Assembly (NCBI GenBank): GCA_009103225.1
Contig: RHPI01002955.1
Span: forward strand, 30,486 to 94,485
DNA: 64,000 nucleotides
Reading direction: 5' to 3'
From: Chlorokybus atmophyticus
Taxonomy: Eukaryota > Plantae > Mesostigma and Chlorokybus algae
Every line of letters starts with the position of its first letter. Positions within the stretch are counted from its first letter, which is position 1. Shown here piece after piece: positions 51,570 through 62,632 of this stretch. Both the position numbers and the translations under genes were made by a program. Below the pieces are notes generated by a model. That model saw only the letters and a program-made list of their open reading frames with translations. It made no database searches and was not told where the DNA came from.

Positions 51570-53277
51570 AGACACGAGACCGATCGTGGACGAAGGAGAA
51601 GACATTCCAATTGATCCCATGACACTTAAACACGAGGCATACACCGTCTATGAGCAGATCGTCACTGAGAGGGAGCTTGCAGCAGCTGGCACAGGGGAAC
51701 GAGCATTGAGGTCGGGAGGAGCGCCGGCATCAACAACATCATCCATCGGGAGGAGCCCCCCCCCCCCCNNNNNNNNNNNNNNNNNNNNNNNNNNNNNNNN
51801 NNNNNNNNNNNNNNNNNNNNNNNNNNNNNCCCCCCCCCCCCCAAAGTACAAGAGGTTGAAGGAAGCATTCAAGCCCATGACAGCTGAAAAGAATAAAGGA
51901 GCTGACTCAATTTCAAAGGAGAGAGGGTGAGACACCAAGGATGCTGTACGGAAGGATGTACCAACTGTTGGAGGACACCGAGTACTCGATCTTGAAGGAC
52001 AAGGCAGCCGCGATCATCTATGTGGAGCAGCTGGAGCAACACGAATAAAAAGAGAGGTGAGGATTGTTGAAGGAGTACTCGTTGCAGCATGCGTTCAAGA
52101 TGGCGGAAGCGGTACAGCACGCGGTGGAGTACAAGAGGAGTATCCTAGCTCTAAACATAGGGGAGACCAGCAGCAAGGAGGTGAAGCAACCAACGACAAC
52201 GACGGTGAGGATGACGACACCGACGGGGCGGAGCTACTACGCGTGCGGTGCAGCCGATCACATCCAACGCGATTGTCCGAGGAGGGGCAGCAGCTCGAGG
52301 GAGGCTCAAGCTGATCAGTGTGGACATTGCGGGAAGACAGGCCACATCATGGATGGATGTTGGAGCAAGCATCCAGAGCTGAGAGCAAGTGCGAGACGAG
52401 CACGACGCGGGGCGGGTGCCGACGCAGCAGGTGCTGATGGCGCGAGGGAGTGCCGCGGACACGACACCGACGATGGAGGCAATCACGACCAGCAACGAGG
52501 CTTTGGCAGAGGCCGCCGCGTTGCGCAAGGAAGTGAAGGAGTTGAAGGCGGCCTTGGAGCAGCTGCAGACACAGATGCAAGGCATGCCATTCGAGTACGA
52601 AGCTTACGCGGTGTGGCAAACACGGCGCACAGCTGGCGCGGTTGGCGAGCATTTACCCGGCAAGGGGGGTGACTGTACCGCGCGCGGAGCTGGTTCTAAC
52701 CAGCACGAAGGTGATGAAGGTTGAGGACAAAGTGCAAGTGTGTCATGTGAGGACCATCACGGCACCGGAGCAGCCATGCGAAGTAGAGGAGATGATGGAG
52801 GTGGTGCGAACAGCTGCGCGCAGCGACGACACCTTCATTCTCATGAGGTCGGCGGTGCGTGCGCGCGTATGGCCGCGAGTGGCAATGGTGGACAATAAGG
52901 AAGGACACATGAGCATTGGAGGGTATTTACCGCGCTCGGTGTTGTTAGACATAGTGCGCAACCAGTCATGTTGGGAAAGACGGCGATGGAGGCGTTGCAG
53001 CTGAGCGACATCGACCTCAAGCCCATTCAACATGGAGACAGCGCTGGGGGCAACGGAGTCCATCCGAGGACGTACGAAGGAACAGCTACCTATTAAGTTG
53101 TGTGGCGATGAGAAAGGGGAGGACTGCATATTCTGGACAAAATGTGTTGTGACGAACTCGACATCATTTGACTTGTTGGTGGGACAAGACTGCATGTATC
53201 CGGTGGGGATGTGCATCGATAACTGGTCGGAGACAGCATGTTTGTGTGTCCGCAATGGAGGAGTGGCAGTGGCGTGA
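51570..53277 (+). pseudogene. Gag with two CCHC knuckles, coiled coil and retropepsin-like protease
   Basis: YYACGAADHIQRDC, CGHCGKTGHIMDGC; VLLD(I)GAQPVMLGK (frameshifted) and SFDLLVGQDCMYPVG..IDNW; N gap at 51769-51829. Confidence 0.75.
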
Positions 53278-54432
53278 AGGCTTGTATACCCTTACAACTA
53301 CACTACATGGCACAAGGACCGCGAGGGGACGCGATACGGCTGGTGCAAAAGGCGACAGCGGGAAGCTACGCGCACAACAACGGGGAGTTGGACTGAGGCA
53401 GTGTGGTGGACTACATGTGGCGAGTATTTCGGGGACCTCAGCAACTCCAAGGGGGGTGGGTGTAGCCTGTACGCTACACATGTAGCTAATCATACCAGTA
53501 TATGAGTAGAAGGAGCAAATATTGCATGAACTTGCAGTGTTGTGTATGAGTAGCAGCATGGTCTACATGTGCTAGTGGGTGCATCGAGGTAACATGGCAG
53601 TCAAGGAGACGTGGCGCGACAGCTGTCATGCCAATGAAGGACTTGAGCTAGGTTGTCTTGGGGATATGACTACATGCAAGGGAATAACAGACTGCGACAC
53701 ACGGCTTGACGTTGAAGGACCATGCATGGTCCTTTCACGAACCCGCAGACCATGCATGGTCCGTACCTTGCGGGCCAGGACTGCCTGGTCCGCGGGGGAC
53801 GGACCGTTCCTAGTCCGTTCGGGGCCCCGCGGCCCGTAAATGGAGTGGCGCGCGGCGACGCGCACCACGCATGGTCTGTGCCGCACCAGCCTTGCGGCAC
53901 GGACTAGTTGTGTACGCTGGCCCTTGAATGCGGACCAGGTGCGGTCCCGCGGTCCTGTGGCCCTACTAGCGCGCACCGTACATGATGCCGCACGGTCCGT
54001 GCCGCACTATGTAGGGTGCGGCACGGACCAGTAACCGCGGCCCTGCCGCTATCATGAGTAGGTAGCAACAACCTACGTAAGGTACACAAGATTGCCTAAA
54101 TGCCTGATTGCACAAATGCACTTAACGTGTTAATTGACAAGCCGCACCGACTGTCGGCTATACATCGTGGACAGCCGCAAATGGTCGGCGGCTGATTGAC
54201 AGCCGGCTGTCAATCAAGCTGTAAGGGGCTGTCTATGCAATCAACATACTTCATAGTACGTGCATTTGCAAAAGTTTGTGAACATGCACCATTAAAATGT
54301 TCTATGCGATTATCTAAGTATCTACGTATATACGAACATTTTTACATGTGTATACGTCAATGTACTATATATCACATGTAATACATATATATACATGTTA
54401 GCATGTGCATAAATGGTTCTATTTTTATACGC

Positions 54433-54508
54433 ATAGATACGCAGGTCTGAATGGTTGTATCAATAGTATTATACTACTGATACAACCATTTAGAAGCTGC
54501 GTATCTAT
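54433..54508. ncRNA. 76-nt near-perfect hairpin, pre-miRNA-like
   Basis: ATAGATACGCAG-g-TCTGAATGGTTGTATCA-a-TAGTA-tta-TACTA-c-TGATACAACCATTTAGA-ag-CTGCGTATCTAT; structure only, no expression evidence. Confidence 0.35.
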
Positions 54509-54704
54509 TTTGGGGTGAGCCGTATACAAGGTATGTCTCATATACAAAATGTATAAGGTGTATATATAAATGACGTCACTTGATATAATAGCCTCTTATA
54601 AGATCGCAGCATGATTGACAGCCCCGACCAATTGTGGCCAACCTGTTAGTAAACACTTACGTTGGTGCCGCAATGCAGTTTTAATATGTATATTATGTAA
54701 ACAC

Positions 54705-54738
<34 letters not shown>

Positions 54739-55140
54739 GTGTTTATATATGTCCATATATATGTATTTACGAACGCTTACATGTCCTGCATATTTTGCTT
54801 GCGTGCGCATACACACACCTATGTGTGTATGCGCACTCAGCAGGATATTAGTAAAACCCTAACAAAGTTACATACTTATGGACAGCCCCCCCAACAAAGC
54901 ATTGCAGTTTACAAACCTTGGCAGCCGCCGAGTTGCGGCTGTCTGTGTCATCAATAATGACCTAAAATAATGTAATACCGTTGATTAATACTGGTACAGC
55001 CTTTGCACATTGATAGCGCATGCCTATGGGCCTGTCAATTCACAACGCCCACTTCCTGTGCAATTTCCGCCGCCGACAGTCGCCAAGCGGCCGTCGGTAC
55101 AATCTATAATGCAAGTACTACGCTGACACCATCGGTACGT

Positions 55141-55212
55141 GCACATGTAGCTTAGTGGTTAGGGTGTCGTGTTTGAATTCCAAAGGCCTTGGGTTCGACT
55201 CTCGGTGGACGC
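55141..55212 (+). other. tRNA-derived sequence (SINE head or tRNA pseudogene)
   Basis: A-box TAGCTTAGTGG (55148), B-box GGTTCGACTC (55192), ~33 nt apart; acceptor and anticodon stems do not pair. Confidence 0.55.
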
Positions 55213-58200
55213 ATGTGTTCTTCACTAATCAGTTCGCCGCGGCCTCGTGCGCTGCAGCCTGCGGTCCCGCAGGCTGGGTGTGGCCGGTGCCGTCGGCTCA
55301 AGATAGAGCACTTTTTCTGCAATTGCACCAAAATCTGATCATTAAGAATATTGTGGTCGATGGTCCGCTGGCCGGACCAGTAATAATTGTTAAGTACATG
55401 TCAGACAAAATTAAGTCCCTGGTCCGCTGGCTGGGTCGTCCCTGGTCCTGACACGACCGGAAACCGGCCGAACCAAACATGGTGCGACCCATGGAAAACT
55501 TGGTACCGTTCACGTGAGGTTTGGACCATGCATGGTCGGACTGTCAATGACCGTCCGACCAGACATGGTCCACGGCATTCACTTAGCAGGGGAAAATCCC
55601 GATCCGAGGGTACGGACCATTCATGGTTCTTTGACGTCAATCGGTGTGCGAGCTGGTTGTAGGCATGAGGTAGTTTGTAGAAGCATATCTAGACAGTAAT
55701 ATCTGCTGGGTTTTGTGATGGGAAGGTAGATGAGGATGTTATTGAGTGAGGGAAGAGCATTTGGCGAGTTACAGTCAGTGTAACCGGACATCAGCATAAC
55801 GCAGATTTGATGGGCGTAATTGAAACTATTTCGGGAGTTGTGAGTGGAGAAGGACTAGTGGAAGGAGTGGGCATCCACGTGGCAGTCAAGAGCTGGATAT
55901 GGAGACGATGTACTCATCGTCGGAGGCGTGGGTTGGAGCTGGAGCTTGAGGAGAGCAAGTCCAAGTAGCTTTAACCATGGTCTAGAGCATACCTAGATGG
56001 TTGTGCTAGATTTTGACATGCGAGTGATGTATCAGTAATGTGACTGAACAGATATAGATATATCGTCAGCAAATTTACCATACCATACCAAGTTACATGT
56101 GCCATACAAGTGCCATAACAATAATGCAATATATCTTCGTGTGTTGTATGCAATTGGCGCCTTAGCTGAAGCTGTTGTTGTGAGTGTGTGACACTGGCAC
56201 ATACCATCGTACCCTGCTCAGCAAGTACATCTACAAGAAGGATGAGGACGTCATCATCACCCTCATGTAGACTGTTCACTACACATGTAGCTAATCATAC
56301 CGGTATATGAGTAGAAGGAGCAAATATTGCATGAACTTGCAGTGTTGTGTATGAGTAGCAGTATAGATAATATGTACTAGTGGGTGCATCGAGGTAACAT
56401 GGCAGTCGAGGAGGCGTGGCGCGACAGGGTGGACACAACAGAGGCCCTCGTGCAATTTGCGGCGGATACGCAATCGTATACAAGATTGCCGTGACTTATT
56501 GATCAGCTCTGCAATTTGGAAGACAACCTGCTGAAGGGCGCCTTTCTAAGCTGCAACAGTCGCTGACACCCGGAATGCGAGCAATGACGAAGTTCCATTT
56601 GCTGCGGGCAAGCAGGCAAAAGTCTCCTCACTATTGCTTTCAGTTTCATACTAAATAAGTCCTCTTTCGCCTGTCCTCCTTGAGCCCTTGTAAGATGACT
56701 TGCGTCCTGGCCATTAACACATGGTGTGTGCAGCTGCTGGTGAGTGTAGCCTACTAATCGCTCATGCGCAACGTCCCCGCATTTAATTACGAGAGCAATC
56801 GCCTGCGCACCTTGTACCAGATAGCGGCGGCTTCATGTGTGATTAGCATCTATTGGGCCATGAGGGCTGGTAGCATCATTTTGTGGAGTTTTGCACGCCT
56901 CGTGGTTGGGCAACTTTGCCGGCACACCCTGGTATAGTCGCCCTGTTCCTCGTTTTAAGTGCGAGTGGAGATCTCCACCCGGCACCAATAAAGCATGCCT
57001 TAGCGGCCATACATGCTATGACAAGCTAGACCTCGCCCACTGCGAGTACCCGTGTGACAATAGTATGTGAAGCTGCTGGCCGGCTGCTACCGTCGAATAT
57101 GCGGATGAAAGATGCTGATACGCTTGAGCTCTTAAATGCGTCGCCAATATTAGTATACGTATGTCTGCAGTTTTGTGGTATTGATACACGACTCATCTCT
57201 TTTGTAAATAAAGGTATCTACAAGGTGTCTATACGCAAGGACTACCATCATAACGCACGCATGTGCAGCTGGTAATCTTGACCATGCAAGGGAGTAGGGC
57301 ACTTGCATTGACGGTTTTGCATCGAAGGTACTGTTCATCAAACGCTGTTGCATATAATCTTTGTCTTACATGAATCATACCTGCATCTCATTTAAGCCCC
57401 ACCTTGCGCGAGCAAAAGACATCCTTTGCTCCAAACTCAAACAATCTCTCTTGTTCCAGCCTTTGCTACACTGCTCCCCTACTAGTTTCATATGAGAAGT
57501 ATATGTAACAATTCTGCAATACATTATACTTGGTCCACTATAGGACTTGCCTACTTAAAAGCCAACTGGCACACATCATCGGTATTAAGCAGCGTTGTGG
57601 AATGATAGGTGCCACAAATACCATGGTCTGCTTGGCCTTGTGGTTGAGCTAGTTAAATGAAGGTCTCCACCCCTCCTCATGAGCCGCCACTGCATTAGGG
57701 TCCAATGAAGTGCGAGCCATTGACGCCCTTGCATTCACTTATCCTGATTGTGGCCTCCACAATTTTTATACCACCTTTCTTGCCTCTCTTATATCGCAGC
57801 GTGGTTTGCGGGAACATCTTCTTGACATAAGTTGCATCAGACACATCCAGTTTCAGCACGCTAAAAAGCTACATTACGTGTTGGAGCAAATATACTACTT
57901 GTGGGCCACTTCACTCTCTGCCCTCTTTAAATGTACATGGTTGTGCCTAATGGTGGTTCTTGCGCACACGCGTGTTTTACGCGCGTCGAACCTTATCAGC
58001 CTGTTTGGAAAAGTGTGCACCACGCAGCTCCTTCTTAGTGAAGCCATTAAGCATGAGCTAGCGGAGGAGCCTCACGTTCTCCACGTAATAATGTGACTGT
58101 ACTTGTGTTAAGGAACCTCCACCCACTTGCTAGCCCATCCTTGCTGTTGGCACGGCACTCTCATGCAAGTGCCAAAATAGCCATAATTAAAGCAACATCG

Positions 58201-59689
58201 GCAGCTGTGCATGGCACCATACGTGACCCGGATATCTAGCACCCGGCGGAGATAAAAGAATACGATATATTATACTCGCTGGCATATTTCACGCTTTTAG
58301 TCACCTTGCCCGCCTTAGATCGCCGTGCCTATTCAAAACAAAGAAGGCCTTGCATAAAAGTCACAAAGAGCGCTAAGTGCACGCATAAGAAACCGTATGC
58401 TGATGATGTATTTTAAACTTGTTAAAAAGCAACATCAACCTTATGTACCAAACAGCCGATGCTGTTGGAATTCTATGGGCTAATAACTTCAACATTGATG
58501 CTCATCACATATTGAACTTATTCGGTTTGCGCCTCTTTCTTATGCGCATGTTTATAACAGCTTTACGTCTATAAGTTTTAGCCGCCTACCCGTTGTGTCA
58601 CGCGGTATTCAATACCAAGGAATGATATTGGAAACCCTTGACGCCTCTCCTCATCATAATGCTTTCGCTATGATGGCCTGAATAGTTGTGACATTGGTAT
58701 TTAGAGCTTGGGGCATATATTTGTATCTCACTGCAGATGCGGATGGGTGAGAAGGGCGACTATGCTTGATGTTTTCGGCCATTTGGGTCGACACGCGGAT
58801 CGCACCGCGTGCGGCTCGGCGCGCGCTAAGCCTTGGTAATTTGGCGATACGGACCCTGGTGGGCACAACATCCGTACATGAGACGCGGACGGAGGTCGCC
58901 GCGGGTTAACGCCGGGAGGAATGTCATGCGATATTAAATACCAATTAAAAACATAATAAACCCCTGACGCCTCTTCTCATTGTAGCGTCTGTTTCACAAT
59001 GACCTAGATGGTTGTGAAACGTTGCTTGTGGTTAGTAGTGTGTGCTTGCGGCGGTATATGCATGCACTTTTGTGTGAGGCAACATGAGTGTTTTTATGAT
59101 TGGATTTAGCTGCTTAGGTAACTCAAACACTTGTATCACCCTGACGCTTAAAAGTTTGCCACCCAAGTTTAAAAAGTTAAGATCGAATGGGGATCTTGTT
59201 GTGCAAGTAGTATTGTTGCAACAAATCCTACCATAGGCGAGAGCTGCATGTGAACACAGTGTAGGTATACGCGCTTGAAACAGCAAGAGGAACATGGGCC
59301 ATATATGAAATTGTACGAGCAATGTTTTTTTGCTTAGATGCGTCTTTGCAATCAAATCGCAAAGGTAATCTTCAAAATATACCTTAACATTGTATCTTCT
59401 TCATACATTTGTTGCAAAATTTTAACAATCTTTTACCATGTTATTTGGTAGCTGAGAGATTGGAAATGGGAGATTACAACAACAAGGTAAGCATGATAAC
59501 ATCTTTAGTATGAGGTGCATGTGCACTGCATTGCGACCCAAAAGTTGAGTAAAGTAAATGGTTTGCAAGATATGCATAAACGAGCGAAAGACGCATGTAA
59601 CAGCAGGCAAAAAAGGGTATGCAATATGCAACATCGTTTTTGCAAGCGTTTGCATGCTGACGCATGTTTATACAGGGGGGACAGCTGAA

Positions 59690-61680
59690 CGACGTGACAA
59701 AGGCACCGCAGAAGGCTTGATGGAATTGTCCATTAACATCTTGTTAAAGGTTATAGGTTTTTGAAGATACATGTATAGGCGGCGCCTACATGTAGTTGGT
59801 ACGATCAGCTTAATAGTTACGGGAGTTACGAAAGTTACAGGAGTTACAGTAGTTGTAATCAACCATGGTTAACTTTGACTTTGATCGTTTACTTTGACCG
59901 TTAATAGTGTTGACTAGTGTTGGCTCTTATCAAAGTTGATTAGTGCTTGGTAGCATAGTATATAAGACACTGAATATAGCTTAGTATAGCGGGCTGCACA
60001 TTGTCTTTGCAGTTGGCGCGCTTGCTGCACGTGTCCTTAGTGCACATTTGTATATGAGAGGCGCATACACATATGCTAGGCGCATCATTAGTTCTCAACA
60101 CATCTCCTACGTTTACACGTAAGAAGAAATAGTTAACAAAAGACACAGCCACATGCCGTTGATCCGCAACCAGTAGCGGGTATAACTAACTTTATTACAC
60201 CAGCAGACCCAAACCACAAATTGTTGTTAAAACTTGTAGGCTATATATATAATAATGCATGCAATTCTTGTGCAAAAAACGCCTACAACAACAGGTACAA
60301 GTGGGTATATAATCTGCATCATTTTTCTTGCAAGCAATTGCATGCAAATGCATGTCAATGCGAGGGGAACAGCCGAATGATGTAATAAAAGCACAACAAT
60401 AGGCTAAATAGTAATGCCCAATTACGTCTCCTGGATTAACATATGAGAAATTAGGTTTAACAGAGACACATCCACCTGCCATTGATCCGCAACCAGCAGC
60501 GGGTTTAACACTCTGTTACACCAGCAAAACCCAAACCACAACCGAGTAAATTTAAAACTTGTAGACCATACAACGATGCATGCAATTGAATGTTTCAAAC
60601 TTGTGGGCGTCCATGGTAATGTGCAGCATACACGTGTCTATGGTGGACGCCTATCACTCATAGGCGTCCATGCTAACAAGTAGCCTGCATGTGTGAATGG
60701 TCTAATTTACTTACATGGCCTCGTAGATTGGGAGATTCACGAGGTTTCAACTAGGTCACGACATTGCAACCGCGCAAAAGCGAGTACAACCAAGTTAATG
60801 ATAACCGGAACTGACCAACGCAACAAATGTTGTTGGCTACAAATTAAACATGTTTAAATTAGTTACAGCAATCCTACCATTGGAAGGAAGCATAGTTTAC
60901 AAGACTACAAATTTAATATTTAAGGGTAAGGTTTCTACCGTACCCAATGCATGGTACGTGACATTTGCCAGCAATGATATCTTGAGCGTACGAACATTGC
61001 TATTCATTGATAAGTATTACATCGCGTCCGTACAAGCCTTAACTAGTCGAAAATTGCATAGCATTAGCCACATTACATCAAGTTGGACTTTGAGGTGATA
61101 AAGGACAAAAAGGATGTGAAGGAGTTTTATTATAAAATTTTTGATTTATGTTTTATTGTATAATTATTTTGTATAATTTTAATGTATTGGCGGTCACGTC
61201 CGCATCGACAACATTGCTAGATGCATTTATATCACACGCGGCAAACCATTCAAGCTCAGTGTGGAGTTTGTGTTGAAGGTTAATCATATGAGATTTGCTA
61301 GTATAGTATGCTTATGGTATAGACAGCTTGTTGATATTACTTAGACCATGTGCGGCGGTTATGCTATGGGAGTTACAGTCAATAGGAGTTATGAGAGTTA
61401 TGGGAGTTACGACAATTATGGTCAACTTTGACTTTGACCGTTGACTAGTGTTGACTAGAGTTGACTAGTTATGTCTAGTGTTAACTAGCTTAATTAACTA
61501 GTATATAAGTCATTGTACGTGGCGCGTATAAGTGAAACTGCAATAAATCTCTCTTTTGTGTTTACATGCTTGTATGTTACACTTGGTGTTCCCCTAGTGT
61601 GAGCGCATGTGTAAGATAGGGCACATATATGACACTAGTTCTTAACAGCTTGCAGCAAAAGTCACCTATATATAAGTGCG
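59690..61680. repeat. Degenerate ~1.55-kb-period duplication with GAGTTA and TTGAC microrepeats
   Basis: GGGAGTTAC..AACTTTGACTTTGA.CGTT..CTAGTGTT at ~59820-59930 and ~61368-61480; a further ~200-bp duplication at ~60100-60240 and ~60420-60570. Confidence 0.6.
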
Positions 61681-62632
61681 TGTGATTGCTAGAGCAAGCA
61701 CAACGATGGGATAGGGAATTTAAAGATTAGCACAAGCATGAAGCACTGAAAGCGATTGTAGGTGTGTACATGATAGTGTTTTGATCCTATTATCATAACC
61801 TTAGGAATAGTGAAGATACTTGATGTTCACAAGTACATCTGATTAACGAGTGGCAAGTACTTGCAAAGGCTCACAACATGCAACATTGAACATCATTATC
61901 TTGAGGGAAATAAATTTATTGAGGGGTGTCAAGCACATATAAAGGCTGACAAGGCAACACTGGACGTGCCCAATACCTTGAGGAAAAGTGCCACTAAAAA
62001 GGAAGCTTGAGTTGGGCGCTCAAGCTGCTGCACTTGTTAAAATGTCGCTGAACATTGTAACACAATTGAAAATAGAAAACAAGAAGCTCACTAAGGAGTA
62101 CCACCCACAGTCGTAGGTGGTGGATCGAGTAGAAGAGCCGTTCTCACATAAGAACATGGTAACTCATATAACCAACAACTTGATGTTAAAATTGACAATC
62201 GTGGCTGTACCTTCCACGTACGCATCGTGTTTATGGAGCAAGTATGTTATAATGACATGGCATGCGCATTATTGCAAACCTCGTGCTTGAGATACCAATT
62301 ATGGTTGCACGCACAATCAACGCCTGCAGCCAAAGTCTCATAGCAGTTGCCGTCTGGAGACACCGCAATGCGCATTGTCGAGACCCTTGGGGTAGGTTGC
62401 AAGAGATGGCAATTGGTTTTTAAGTGGCATCAAAGAGCCCTTCACACCTGTAAGAGGGATCCCGCATTGCTGACTTTCAAAACGGCAAGCTGTGCGATGA
62501 ATTGCTGCATCTTCATTGGCTTTACCCACATGACTGGAAGCATGCACTGCGCCTTGATGCGATGTATCTTGAGGCGCTGCCACCTTCAACATATAAGGCG
62601 CTTGCAACAAGCTGACAGCACTTTTTGCGTCG

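Larger units (their letters stand above)
53698..55648. mobile_element. CACAC-ended non-autonomous CACTA-like element, 3-bp TSD
   Basis: TIR CACAC.G.TTGACGT..AAG.ACCATG; TSD CGA; GGACC/GGTCC subterminal repeats; the empty site is visible in A1 at 48260-48285. Confidence 0.88.
48202..56426 (+). mobile_element. Gag-protease retroelement with split direct repeats A1-internal-B1-A2-B2
   Basis: A1 48202-51365 and A2 53624-56280 (each ~700 bp once its insert is removed); B1 53474-53621 and B2 56279-56426 (148 bp each); TGTC..GACA termini; GGGT duplicated at both flanks. Confidence 0.8.
47600..57800 (+). pseudogene. Fossil L1/Tx1-type LINE ORF2 (endonuclease 47600-48201, RT 56431-57800), split by later insertions; upstream 45000-47600 may be ORF1
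   Basis: LLGNLT (GDFN-like), RIDRFY (47849), AHKPI (SDHKPI-like), KLDPALLED (WKLN.SLL.D-like), MTKFH (56587), L*QARPRPL (LRQG.PLSP-like), YADE (57098). Confidence 0.65.

Noticed and set aside
55141-55212. Functional tRNA gene
   Set aside because: Acceptor, anticodon and T stems do not pair properly; only the promoter boxes are good.
56500-58100. Minus-strand hAT/MULE transposase
   Set aside because: Only vague motif resemblance; the plus strand gives ordered LINE RT motifs continuous with 47600-48201.
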